This document shows, one piece after another, positions 11,317 through 25,110 of a stretch of 64,000 bases of DNA. The stretch is taken from NCBI RefSeq assembly GCF_009914755.1, contig NC_060942.1; one strand, written 5' to 3'. A model generated the notes under the pieces. It was not told the DNA's origin. It saw only the letters and a program-made list of their open reading frames with translations, and searched no databases. The position numbers and the translations under genes were made by a program. This stretch comes from the human T2T-CHM13v2.0 reference genome, Homo sapiens. Numbering within the stretch: the first letter of the stretch is position 1; every line of letters starts with the position of its first letter.

Positions 11317-14300
11317 ATTTATTAATTGAGAAAGCAAGTAGAACTCAGGTTTAAATGTAATTAATCACATATTATTCATAAACATATCAAACTCAAACCT
11401 CAAAGCTCATATATTTTTCTAGTTAAACATTATGGCAATAACAAAGTACATAGAAGGGAAATATCTGCTGTTTATCTTACTCTTTTTCCTAGAGAGATAC
11501 TCTTAGTCTGGAGCACTTTTCCTAATTAGAAAATTCCACACCTGAGTGGTCACTGTGAGGTGGTTTTGAATGTGAGAATTGAACCCATTTACTTCCTTCC
11601 TTGATTCTATTTAAATTACATTGACCTAGGAGAGAAATACATAATTTAATTAGGTTGTAATTATTTTTTAAAATATTCATTCTAATATTATGTGGCAATT
11701 ACCTGTTTATATCTGTTTTGGTACTTTGGAAATTAAGCTTGAAGGTATTCTGCACAGAAGAGTCTCCAAGAGGATTTGGGAAAGAGATATATAAGTATGC
11801 ACACACACACGTATGCTGGATGCAGGTAATGAAGAGTATGCGTGTGTGTGTGTTTATAAATTTCTAAACTTTCATTCAGACAGTCTTGGGAGACAGATAT
11901 TTCTTTGGGGGTGAGAGGGCTGTTACTCATCTCTTAATTAAACAAATATAAGTAAAGGTGGAAAGAAAAGTTAGCACAACTCAATGTTTCCTTACTCAAA
12001 ATGCAGTACAGCACACTGATTTATTTGCAGTTATCCTCATATAATTGTTTATATTTAAAATTCATAAACTCCTATAGAGCTTTAAAATTTTTAAATCTCT
12101 CTGAACATATATTTTTTGCCTTTCACAATTAGCTATTCTCAAAGAATTTGAGAGAGAAGGTCACATGTAACCAATAAAGTTGATTTAATTTGGTAGAGGT
12201 AAAAATTCCCTTTTATGCAGCTCTTGAGATATAATTTAAACATAATGCTGAAGCTACCTTCTTCTGCTTTTAACCACCTGGAATCAGCATCTATGTCATA
12301 AAATGGGAGAGACATTGGTATGATTGTATTCAGAGTGAAAAAAAAGAGAAAATAATTGTTTTTTATTGAGCCCAAAATATGAATTCTAAAGATAAAAGTC
12401 ATCAGAGAAGGGTGGCTGTTTCCAATATTCTGAACTGACTATATAATCGGTACAAATATATTTGTTTCAATATTTGTGCCTTGCTTACACACAGATGAGG
12501 TGAGGAAGTTCTCATTGAATTGGACATGTCTATCCCTATAGAAGGCAACCTTTCCATTCCTCAACAGCCTCCACACAATCCTATCACTAAATGTTGTTTT
12601 CTGGTTTCCAAAGTTAATTATTTTTATGTATTTTTTTCAGAAATACATGGACTTAAACAATTATCAAAAATGACAAAATAATGAGTCAAATCAAGTTCAA
12701 TTAATTAAACCTGGAATATAATACATATTAAAACCAAAAATATTCCTATTGTCTGAGCTAATGATAGCTAATTTAGTTCAACCTGAAATAGGAAAAAAAA
12801 ATTTCACCACAAATGTTAATATAGTGCATACCACAGACAAAATTATAAGGTAGTCAAAATAGGTAAAAAGTATGTGCTTTGAAATAAGGAAAATCACACT
12901 CTAAATTGAACTCATTTCTCTACTCACTATGTGAACGTAAAACTGCTTCTTACTTCTCAAAAGCTTACTTTATCTTTGAAATAAGATAACATTCAGTTTG
13001 TTGAATCTTACAGTAATATATCAAAAAAAGTACCATAATTACAACTTACAAAGGTTGTATCTTCTATTTAATTCTGTAAGCTAGCAAATAATTCACACTT
13101 TTTTTTGAGAGATAGAAATAATAGTTACTTTTTATACTTTTTGAATAAACCTTCCTTTGGAATTGCAGAATAAATACATACACACATGCACGTGCACACA
13201 CACACACATGCATACTTGTTTTAAAATGTAATTTCTCTTAACAGTAATGCTTCAAGAAATGGCACCACAATTTAGTGATAATTTTATAAGGCTATTTTGA
13301 TACATTCATAAATTATTCCTAATGAGAAAATGTGTTTAGATTCAAGAAAGGAGAGTTGCAAGCCTATAATATATTGGCTAGATCAAATCACAAAATGACT
13401 CTTGTAAACACTTTTGATAATTTTTTTCTGTATTTTCTTCAACTTTTTCTTGTTTCTGTAGTAAAAATAACAGTATTTGTTATCATTAATTTTATATCAC
13501 AATCTAACAGAACTTACTGCTTAACATAGATCTTAATAAAACAATTTTTTAAAAGGATCTATACTTTTACTTTAGATATGTTTTTCCATTGGATATTTGC
13601 TGCTTAATTTTGCTGCAAATCTGTCAAATCTGGCTCACAGATACATTTTGTTTGGTCAGAACAATTGAGATGGGTGTCTCTGTGTTCATGTTTGTGAGAC
13701 TAAATGTACAAATAAACAACCAACCAAATAAATCTCTTTAAACTGTTTTTAGATGGGGCATGCATTCTCCATTTCACCACAGACCTTGCCCTTCTCTATT
13801 GCCTTTTTCTAAGCTGCTTCACATTCTATCTACCAGGAAGACAGATGAGTTTTGACTCCATCTTTAGAGGTCTTCAGATTGACGGAGCCCTGTAATAAAT
13901 CACTGCCACTGCCTAGTGAAGACACAACCATTTTAGTGTTCTCTAACACTTTCTCTCTGCTTGTATTTCTGTTGAATTTATTGCTTAAATATATATGAGT
14001 TATTTATTTTTAAAACAATTCAGACTAAGCTCATGAACTAATAGAGCTCATAGTGTTCTATGTAACAGATGGCTACATCTATGTAAAATATTCAGACAGC
14101 TTTCATTCTTGTAACATTACGTTTATCAGATATATAGCAAAACAATTAATTTTTGCTATGAAAGCACTTTCGGAGAAGCTATGACATTTCCAGATTTTTA
14201 TGTATATCTAATATAAAAATAAAGTTCACTAATTTCAAAATAACAGTTTTACAAATATTTGCCCTTTGTAGAAATATGCCATCATCATTGTTTCCTTGCA

Positions 14301-14532
14301 AAGGCACATTCACTCAATTTCGGTTATTATAAAAATGACAGGCAGATAGCATTAGTTATTGCCAAGCCTAGGGTGGGTTTGTGCTTGGTCCTTTTCCAAG
14401 AACAACTCTTCTAAGGGTCAACAGATTTTAAAAATATTTATTTTTAAATCTTCAGGTTCTCTTAAATGGCAATTATACTACATTTCACGATAGTCTCTGA
14501 GTTTTTTTGTAAAAAAAAGGAATACCTGTAAC

Positions 14533-14640
14533 TATATAATATGAATATATGTACTTATATGCATATTTATGTATATGCATATAAATATAGGTATGTATAT
14601 ACACATATACGTATGTATACCCATGCATGTGTATATATAT
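14533..14640. repeat. Degenerate (TA/TG/CA)n low-complexity repeat
   Basis: Read directly. Confidence 0.8.
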
Positions 14641-15071
14641 TTCATTAGTTTGGATTTGGGTATTATATCTAATAATTTATTGTGGGCATGGTGATTTTTC
14701 TGAAAAGACTGAGAAGATGAATTGGAGGGGCTGACATTAGACCTGCCAAATGATTGGGGTTCCAAACAATGGAATTTCAGACAAGCGGACCTGTGAACAA
14801 AGTGTAATTTTTATGAAGTTTGGTTCATACAGAAGAAAATATTATTATGTGGGTTACAGATGGAAAAACAGGGATTGTACATAGTATCAAAAATCTAGGT
14901 TGCGTTTTCAGTTATTGCCTTCCAGGTAAACAGGCTCGAGAACTTTGTACAAAGATAACAAGACTAAAGCTTACGTTTTAAGGTAAAACTATAGTCTCGA
15001 GGATCTCTGGCAAGTAAGATGGATTTTAGTCCTCATCTGAAGGTGAGGTAGAAGAACAGGAAGGAAACTGA

Positions 15072-15130
15072 CAATTATTGAGTGCTTAGTACTATATGCT
15101 GCACTGGATGCAGGTAATGAAGAGTGCACT
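15072..15130 (-). mobile_element. L2 3'-tail fragment
   Basis: 'attattgagtgcttagtactatatgctgcactggatgcagg' resembles the reverse complement of the L2 tail. Confidence 0.5.
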
Positions 15131-15699
15131 TGAAACAGGGGTTGAAAGTGTCAGTGAATGGGAGAGACAAGCTCCTCAGATCCGTAGAGCCAACAGCAAG
15201 GCCCCCCCACGGCACTGTGTCCCAGAAACCACATAGAAGCTGCCTCTGGCCAGTTGAAGAAGAGTGGGGGAATGCCAAACCCCCTAAATGAGGCACAGAT
15301 GTACTGAGGCTGCTTCTTGATTTAGTCAAGAATAGTTCTGAAACTGAGTTCAGCCTGGTCTGCAAGTAGAGTATTGGGTGGAGTGAAGATATTAGAGAGT
15401 TGGAAAAACAATCAAATATTTATGGCTAATATTTAGTATCTAAAACAATCAAATTGAAACTAGGAATGCTACAGATGAACAAAAGTACACTTTTTAACTT
15501 GAGTACCATTCTCTTATATATTTGCAGTCAGAAATCCTACTTATAAAATAGATGTATGCCTAAACATGTCTATTATATAATAATCATTTTAATAAATGGA
15601 TTTGTATTTTAAGTAAATAAGGGAACTCACTTTTCAAAAAATATCCAGTGAGGTTATCAGAAATAATTACTTTGTCCTCCAATGTATGGCCTTGTATGT

Positions 15700-15875
15700 T
15701 TTTTAGCACTTTACAATTTATCATAAACATTTTTACTTCTATTGTCTTATTTGAATCTCATAACTGTAAGTTATACTGAGTGGGCAGAATTAGCCATATT
15801 TTGTGGAAGAAACAGAGGTTAAGAGAAAAAGAGAAATATGCTCAATACCACAACATGTAAAAATTAGCTCTGGGT
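15700..15875 (-). mobile_element. MIR SINE
   Basis: 'agcactttacaattta...cttatttgaatctcataac...atattttgtggaagaaacagaggttaagaga'. Confidence 0.6.
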
Positions 15876-17270
15876 CTTGAGACATTCTTACTGTTTTTTC
15901 CTTTTTGTTTTTGTTTTTGTTTTTGTATGCCACACTGCCTCTATGTTTTAAAAAATGTATTCTTAATTTCTATATGTGATGGTCTGTGATTGGGGTCCAA
16001 TTAGTGACAGGAGGCAGCTTACTCCTTGGTATCATCATTAATACTTTAGCCCATCCTCTTAGTAGGTGGTAGGCACCTTGAGCTTGGAGAATACATCTCT
16101 TCTTTCTCACACTTGATTCCTCTTTCCACATCCCTTGTTACTTAGACTCTTAGTTGCCACTCTGATGCTGATTCCAGGCCCTGGAGAACCCTCCCACACT
16201 TCATGCATCCTTTCTCTATGGAGCTTTAACCATCTGTAGGAGAGCAGCCTATATAGTTGGCCATGAGTCAGCAAGCTTGGTGGAATTTTCCTCTCTTTCC
16301 ATTTCAGTTCTCTGCTACCACATAGATTCTTTTTTCTTATATCATAACAGACTGCCAAGCCTCACCTCCTACACTGCCTCAACAGTGAGGAGGGACTATG
16401 TTACACGGCTTTTTATGCCCCATAATTCTTATTGCTAAGCTGATCTGCTTGGCTCCTTAATGATTTCAAAATTTGATAAGCATATTTCAGGTATATCTAT
16501 ATGGCTTAAATATTTTTGTATTATACATAGTCACCAGCAAAATGGACCACCTGTCAATCTTTTCTTTCAATATTGGCCTTTAAGATAAGTAATTATTATT
16601 TTCTTAGGTTTAATGTATTCACTAAATTTGTGACTGGACAATTTTTATACATTTTTTATTATCGCTTCTTGGAATTGTACAGTGTTTTCTTTATAAAATA
16701 GGTTAAACATAAATTGTGAGCTGATTTGCAGAAACAAGCTGCCACATACAGGAATGGTTCTTTTGGGAGAAGTTAATTTCAGATTCCAAACAAATAATTT
16801 GAACTTAAATTTGAAAAGAAAATAAACCTTTTTGCCGCTTTGAGGTTGCTTATATTTGGTTGTTTTGAAACGAAACACACCTGCTTGACTCAAATTACTA
16901 ATATCATACTTATCATTTCTTCTATTACAGCTGAGTTTATAAATACTACCTGCTCTGTGGAAGTCATCTATAACTCTGGGGTGGGTAATGTGAAATGCTA
17001 TTACTTTAGAAGCTTTTGTTGCTCAATCATGCTTTAGTTGAATTCACATATTGTGTTTCAGAAAACATGGTTTGACCTGTGAAATACGAGAATTCACAAA
17101 ATAATCAAAAATTATAACATACCTTGAAGAAAAATATATTTGAAAAGAAAGCTGTCTGTCAATCAAAAGATTATTACATTGATGAGGGACAAGGCAAGAG
17201 GAAAGAAAGTAGTAGAATTAAATTTAAAAGAGGATATTTTAGAAAACTACAAATATAACCAAAAAATTTA

Positions 17271-17680
<410 letters not shown>

Positions 17681-20600
17681 AATGTTAAGACTGGATACTC
17701 CAAAAATCCAGAGGTGGAAGCAAGTGGAAAGAATTTTGGTGAGGGTTAAATTAACAGCAATGTGGGAGATAGCTACAAACTAATAAGCTAGAAAAAAGGA
17801 AAATGCATGGTGCTTGTAATAGAGACAGAAGAGCAGAAACAAGATACTGCTTTGATGGAGGAAATCCACTCTTCAGATATCTGCTGGAGCCTCATTTTTC
17901 TAAAGCAATCTGCCAAATTTCTGTCTTGTCAGTTTTATTTCTGACACGCAATGAGAAAATATATATGTGCTATTGGTGTTTAAACTGGCGAATATTCAGA
18001 AGTATCATGATGGCTGTCTTTAAATAAAGGAAATGTGTAATGTGAGAAAGGGATTACTTAAAAAAAATACACAATTCCAGAGTCTATAATTAGGACCAGA
18101 GCCCAAAATTGGAGGGGGATTAAATTTAATTTATTAAATGCAAAATTGTTATTCATTTTTAAAGAGTAGGGACACATAACAATGGAATGGGCTTTCCTTT
18201 GGAAAGTAAGATGGTGGTCGTGGTGTATTTATGGTTTCAAAGTTCAAATAGGAGAAATTTCTGTGCTGGAAGGGCATTCATCTTTATTAGAAGGAAAGAA
18301 AATGCTGGTATTACTACTAATAATAGTGAAAGTTTATTTAATGCTTTTTATAATTCACGCGCTATTGTAAGCCCTTTGCTTATTCGAGAAGGGTAAAGGT
18401 CAGTGGAGAGCTGATGATAATCAGGAGAAAATCTATAAAGGATGGCACTTTAAAAGATGAGGTAGGAGAATTCTTGATGGGGGAAAAAATCATTGTCATT
18501 ATTGGCTGCTTGAATTAGACAAAATGAAGTGGCATGAATACCTGGAACTTAAGTTAAAAAGATAATGATAACTTAAAAAAGGCACTTTCAATATATTATT
18601 GAGAAGAGTTTAACCAAACTTAAAAGTTGGTAAGTACCTTAGCAGTAGTAATTATAATTCAGGATTTTAGATGCAATAGTCAAAGATAATAATGGGTTGC
18701 AGGAGACTAATTAGAACATGAATTTCTTTTAAAGCCTATTTAGAATTAATGCACCCAAATAGATTAAATGAACACAACTGGTTTCTATCACACTCATTAT
18801 ACATGTTTTTCCCTGATAAATATTACTATTTATTTATTTAAAAGTAATTTATGTGGTATAGTTATTTATCTCAGCACCAAGCTTGACTAGATACTACACT
18901 ATTTACTTATATGATAACTAAAAATGTATTATCTGTGTAATTTTTAGTCTAAATAAGTGGTTCTGTTTCTATGGCACCATTAAATATTATTATATTGAGA
19001 TATATAAAAATATCGATAATATCAAAATGGGCAAATTATTTATATAAGTGTTGTAGATGGTGTTTTGCCAGAAGCACTTTCCTTTCCTTCCTTTTACTTA
19101 TGAGAAATAGAAACCCACTCTGACTATGTCAAATTAAAAACTGAGATGGGATTGTTGTAAAGAATCAACAGACAATATAAAAAAAAATATGGAAGGAAAT
19201 CCACTATAGTGAAGAGTCATAGGAACCGAATGTAAGAAACAAAGTATCCGGAAGCAAATTATTTTAATTTACCATTTTTCCAGAAAGTTATTTTTTGTTT
19301 ATTTCTATATAACCAACTTACTTAGCTTCCATTTCATGAACACCCTATACATAGAAAATAACAATGGAAGGTAACAGAAGAGTTCCTGAGAGAAGTATCT
19401 AAAGAATGAGCTTAATAAAAGTAGATTGCTTATATATTAAAGATATAACTTGTGACAATTGTTGTCACTTATATAATTAGTAGTAACATAGCCAATTTTT
19501 TTTTTAATAAGGCAAGTATAATTTCTACTTCTAATGTTTTTCCTTCAGGGATTACATATACTTAGTAATTCTTCCTGTGGACCACAAGTTTTAACCTAAA
19601 AAATATTTTTTTCATTTCAAAATGTTGCATACGCCCCCTATAAAATCTTAGATTTTGGACTGCACCCAATATCTTGTAAATAATTAATTAGGCATAAATT
19701 GATGCCTTGAGATATTTTTAATCAATAAGTATATGAAATATTAATTTCTAAAGAAAAATGTCAGAATTTGTGTGATGTTTCCCTCCTTGTTTTCAACTTT
19801 TATTATGGTGGTAGGACCCACCTATTTAGGAATGAGGACTTGAAATGCTAGATATTAAACGATATGACTTTAAGCATAAATAAATCTCTGAGACTTTGAC
19901 AAGTCATTTTTTTGGAAATACTATTTAAGCTAGTGTAACCTGTACTTAACAGATGCTCTCTAGAGATACGTCAACTATTCCAGAAAGCCAATTAATGAGA
20001 GAACAATTTTCAATAATGTATTATTTAAAGTGGTAACTATAGCAACTACATAGTTTCTTTTTTTCCCCCCCTTGGCAAAAGCATGAATACTCATGATTCA
20101 CTGGTCTTTTTATTTTCTGGCTTTCATTTTACTTTAAAGAAATGTCTCACTATTTTATCCTTTAATTTGATAAAGGCTATCTACATAAAAGTAAACACAA
20201 TATTTTATAGTGAAGTGTTGAAAGCATTTCCTTATGTATTAGGAGCAAGACGCAGATGACTGTTATCACATTTTCTTTCAATTTTGGGTGTTTGGTGCAG
20301 AAGCAAATGAGTAAATTCTATGCAGATTGAAAACAAAATCAACAACCAAAATAATAAGCTTTCATCAAACTGTTGAATACAGTCTGAGTTTTCTCAAACT
20401 GTTGGATACAGGCTTAATAGTCAAACAGCAGAAGCATTCTATACAAATTTTCATTAAGTTAAAAATGAAAAAAAAAAACCTTGTTTCAAATAACAAAAAT
20501 ACAAGTTATTTAGGAATTTACCATACAAAAGCTGTTCAATGAACACAAAACAACAAACAAACAAACAAAAAACTAAATAAATAATCTACCATATTCATAG

Positions 20601-21126
20601 TTTGAAATATTCAATAATCAAAAAATATAAATCCTTTCAAAATTTATCTATAGATTCAATGCAATTCTAATCAAAATTCAATGTGTGTTTGTAGTTGTAA
20701 ATGTATATGTATTTATTTATATTTATTATTTTAACCTGAAGTTTATATGAAAGTGCAAAGAATCACAAGTATCTAAGATAATTTTAAAGAGGAACACTTG
20801 CCCTACTAGGCATGAAGATTTTTGGTAAAAGTATAGTAATCAAGAGAGTAGAGTGTTGGTGAAGAGATACAGAAACAAATGGAGAAAAGACATAACATAT
20901 TTTAAAGAAGTGGACCAATGGGAACTTTTTATCATGTTGTCCTGGAATACATAATTATCTCTATGTAAAGAGAAAGGTCGAGATTAAATTTCTTTTTTAT
21001 ATCATGCACAAAAATTAATTCCAGGTAGATTAAAAATATAAATATGAAAAGAAAATCTTTACAATTTTAAGAAGGCAATATAGAAAAAATATAAGAAAAT
21101 ATTTTTTGCAACCTCAAAAAATGGAT

Positions 21127-21419
21127 TTCTGTCTTTTGGAGACAGTCTCATTCTGTTGCCCCGGCTGGAGAGTAAGTGATGTGATATTGTCTCACTCCAA
21201 ACTCCACCTCCCAGGCTCAAGCCATTCTCATGCCTCAGCCTCCTGAGTAGCTGTGATTACAACCGTGTGCCACCATACCTGGCTAACTTTTGTATTTTTT
21301 GTACAGATGGGATTTCATCATGTTGGTCAGAATGGTCTCAAACCCCTGGCCTCAAATGATCTGCCCACCTCAGCCTCCTGAAGTGCTGGGATTACAGGTG
21401 TGAGCCACTGTGCCTGGCC
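21127..21419 (-). mobile_element. AluJ (Jb-like)
   Basis: Reverse Alu dimer ending 'gagccactgtgcctggcc'; 'cctcccaggctcaagccattctc'; heavily diverged with an eroded tail. Confidence 0.9.
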
Positions 21420-21599
21420 GAGAAATGATTTTTTAACAGGTAGAAAAGCAAAATGATAAAGAAAATAATTGCTAAATGCAACCTCCTTAAAATAAAAAAA
21501 ATTTATGTATGAAAGTATACAATAAAAACAGGTAAAGTCGTGCCGCTTTTGCAACATGTATAAAATATTTCCAGAATATAAAAAAAACTTCTACAAGTC

Positions 21600-22164
21600 T
21601 GAAACCATTCCTCATGAACTTAATAAAAGTTAATTATTACATTTTAGCAAAAGCATAAGCCTTGAATAGAAACATAGCTAAGCATTAGCCAGCTTTCCCT
21701 TTAGCTCACTTTCTTATAGTTACTCACTGCCTGAAAGTCATGTACACTCTGTCAGGAGACACTAACTTACCTTAATTGTTTCTATAAATAGCATCTTAAA
21801 TGTTAGAAAACTCAGATTTTTCATTTGAGATGATTTCCAGATCCTGCATTCCCACAGATCTGTGGATACCAGCTAGTCTGAAGACACCAGAGGAGGAACT
21901 GACTCAGCACAAGAATGCAGTCTTCATCTTTATAATTTCATCCTACATGTTCTGATCAATCAGTGACCCATATGCCTCAAACTCCTACCCATCATGAACC
22001 GTTAAAAACCCAGGCCTAAACTCAAATAGGTGAATTTGAGATTTCCTCCCATCTTCTCAGTTGCCTTTTGATTATTAAACATTTTCTCTGCTGCAACTCC
22101 TGTTGTTTCAGTGTATTGGAATGTTACTGCACATTGGGCAATCAAATGTGGGAGTCCTCTAACA
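21600..22164 (+). mobile_element. ERV1 solo LTR (MER4 group, LTR26/LTR8-like)
   Basis: TG...CA termini (tgaaacc ... ctctaaca); exact 4-bp TSD agtc at 21596-21599 and 22165-22168; ATTAAA poly(A) signal near 22075; 'gaactgactcagc' core. Confidence 0.8.
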
Positions 22165-23854
22165 AGTCGATACAAGAAAGATAAAAATCTATTCGTAATA
22201 TTGGCAAGAGTTTTGCACAGGCATGGCATAGAAGAGAAGGTCTAGTTGGGATACAAATATGTGCAGTGTTATTCAAAGAAATGCAAATATAATTACTTTT
22301 TAAAATACACTTTTTTTCAGAAAGATAATGTAAATGACATGTCTTCTGAGTAAATATATGCTTGAAATTATCCCATTTCTTCTAAGATTTAATTATGTAA
22401 ATAATTAGTCTTCATGTATTTTCTTTACATGGATAATCTAATTTTTTAGTCTGAATGGTTTTATAATTTTTTTGTATTCATGCAATTTAGAAATATTACA
22501 GACTGTGACTTACTTGACAGATACTTACTGTGTTTTTTAAATAAAGATTTAAATATCTTATACTCAGAAATTTATATTTTTTCTTAGCTTATTCATTTTT
22601 CCCTCCATTTTCAGCCCCATTCTCTCCATTTGAAATCCTATATGTAAGATTTCCTAAATTAGTACTCCTCGTTTTCTTCCTAACTTCTATCTCCTTTTGT
22701 TTTATTATGCTTGGAATTATGAGACTTTCCTGGAATTCTCATTTATTTAATTCAATTATTTTTTCTGCCTTATTCAATTTATTACTGTTTGCTTTTTAAA
22801 CAAAAACCTGCAATTGTAATTTGCCTTTCCAAGAACTTCCTCATTTTGTTACTACTCCATTTCATAAGAACCAGTTCTGGATTTACCAATGAAATATACT
22901 TTCTAAGTTTCTTAAAACAAAAATAATTATCTTCTTCTTCTTGTAATGACTATCCTTACAGAGCATTTTTTGCTCTCATTCTCATTTTGTCCTTTTCTTT
23001 TCAATGCTGAATGTTGCCATATTTCTGGATTTGTTTTCTTTTTCTTCTTATATAGAGAAAGGTCTCTATATACCAGCACAGGTAGAGCTGGGTACTTATT
23101 ACTGATCAATTTCTTTAGTTCAAAACAAGTGTAAATATTTAAATACATGGCAAAATCCATTTTGTCTGTGAAGTACTAATTTCCTGGGAAGTGTTTGGCT
23201 TTGTGCAAGAAATAGCTTTGGAACAGAGAGATTTTTTTTTCTGTTAGAATCAATCTGTACTTTAATTAGGCATCGAACCCCAAAGATAGATAAAGTAATC
23301 TCCTGTCTTTGACTGGCTAACTTGTATATGTGTATTTCCGTGTTTTCCCATCTCCACCCAGTAAGCTGTTTCTGTGACTGTGTTTCCAGATCCCTACAGA
23401 TTAAATATTGATTTAGAGGCACAAACAAGGCCACAGCCTATTCATATACCCTGTTTCCCAGACCTTCTAATCATGTTTCCACTTATAAATCAAATAATTA
23501 TTGTTGTAATTTTATCTGTGTGGCAATTTAATTTTTGACTTTTAGATTTCTAATGATTGATAGAATTACATTATAATCTTTATGACAAAATTGCAGACAA
23601 TGCCATTAATTTCTATGTGTGTTTCTGCCACATTTTTTTAAACATATGATGTAGTCTCAAAACATTTTTCTCAATTTTGGTGTTTACTTTTAATGTATCT
23701 ATTTAAAAGAAAATATTAAGAATACCTTATTCTTCATAATTTTGAATTACTTTACATGGGGAAAGTATTACTTTACATGGGGAATCAATATTGACATTAT
23801 AGCACCATTTTAGTTTATTTTAATCACTATGGAAACCCCTTCTTTTTTTAAAAA

Positions 23855-24766
23855 AATAGATGTTTTCTTTTTTGGAAGTTTTAAGTTCATAACAAAGTTA
23901 AGCAGAAGATAGACAGATTTCCCATATACTTCCTGTCCCACCATGTATGGCCTCTCCCATTTTCAACATTCTCAACCAGAGTCATACAACATTTGTTACA
24001 ACTGATGAACCTCCATTTACATGTAATTATCACCCAGAGTCCATCATTTACATTAGGGTTCATTCTTGGTTTTGTACATTCTATGGGTTTTTATAAATAT
24101 ATGCTAACATATATTCACCATTATACTATCATCCAAAGTATTTTCACTGCCCTAAAAATCCCCTGTGCTCTACCAAGTCATTCTTTCCTCCCCCTAACTC
24201 TTGACAACCACTGATCTTTCTACTGTTTCCTTAGTTTTGCCTTTTCCGCAATGTTTTATTATAGTCAGAATCATACATTATGTAGTGATATGCATTTAAG
24301 GTCCCTCCATATATTTTCATGGCTTAATAGCTCATTTGTTTTAAGCACTGAATAATATTCCACTATCCAGATGTACCACAGCTTATTTATTCATTCACTT
24401 ACTCAGGGTCATCTTGGTTGCTTCCAAGTTTTGGCAATTATGAATAAAACTGCTATACATATCTATGTGCAGGTTTTTGGATGGACTTATGTTTTCAACT
24501 TAAAATGTATGTTTTCAACTCCTTTGGGTAAATACCAACAAGTGTAATTGCTGTATAGTATAATAAGAGTATGTTTTGTTTTGTGAAATATTGCAAAGTA
24601 ACAATACCATTTTGCATTTCCATTAACAATGAATGAGAGCTCCTTTCACTCAACATCCTCACCAGCATTGGGTGTTGTCTGTGTTCTGAACTTCGGCCAT
24701 TCTGATTAAGTATATAATGATATCTCAGTCTCGTTTTAATTTGCTTTCCCTAATGACATATGATGA
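23855..24766 (-). mobile_element. L1MC1-like 3' end
   Basis: 'agttaagcagaagatagacagatttcccatatac...gatgaacc...tacattagggttcattcttgg...ttcactgccctaaaaatcccctgtgctc'. Confidence 0.85.
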
Positions 24767-24934
24767 GGGTTGCGTCTTTGTTTATTTGAAAGTGTTAATG
24801 TAATGCACTATCTGTTTAGGGTTATCATTTATATGCAGCTTACTCCTGAATTTTAGTTATAACTTAAATTTATATTATTTTATATTTAAATTTGAATTGT
24901 AACCATTTACATTAATTTTCAGTTAGAAATAGTC

Positions 24935-25110
24935 ATGGCTGGCAGCAGTGCATTTTGATTAAATTAGACATACATGCACACATATTCAAATTCTGGATTT
25001 GCCATTTACCATGGACTTTTTTTAGATTAACTTCACTGATGTTTTATGTTCATCTTCTGTAAAATGAAGAAAATACTGCTGGTCATATTCTTTTCTGGAG
25101 TAAATAAATA
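24935..25110 (+). mobile_element. MIR SINE
   Basis: 'ttcaaattctggatttgccatttacc...gttcatcttctgtaaaatgaagaaaatac'. Confidence 0.55.

Larger units (their letters stand above)
20170..22290 (+). mobile_element. Ancient L1M/L1ME ORF2 remnant, interrupted by an Alu and an ERV1 LTR
   Basis: 'gtgttgaaagcatttcc...ggagcaagac', 'aatttatctatagattcaatgcaattctaatcaaaattc', 'aaaattaattccaggtagattaaaaatataaat'. Confidence 0.75.
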
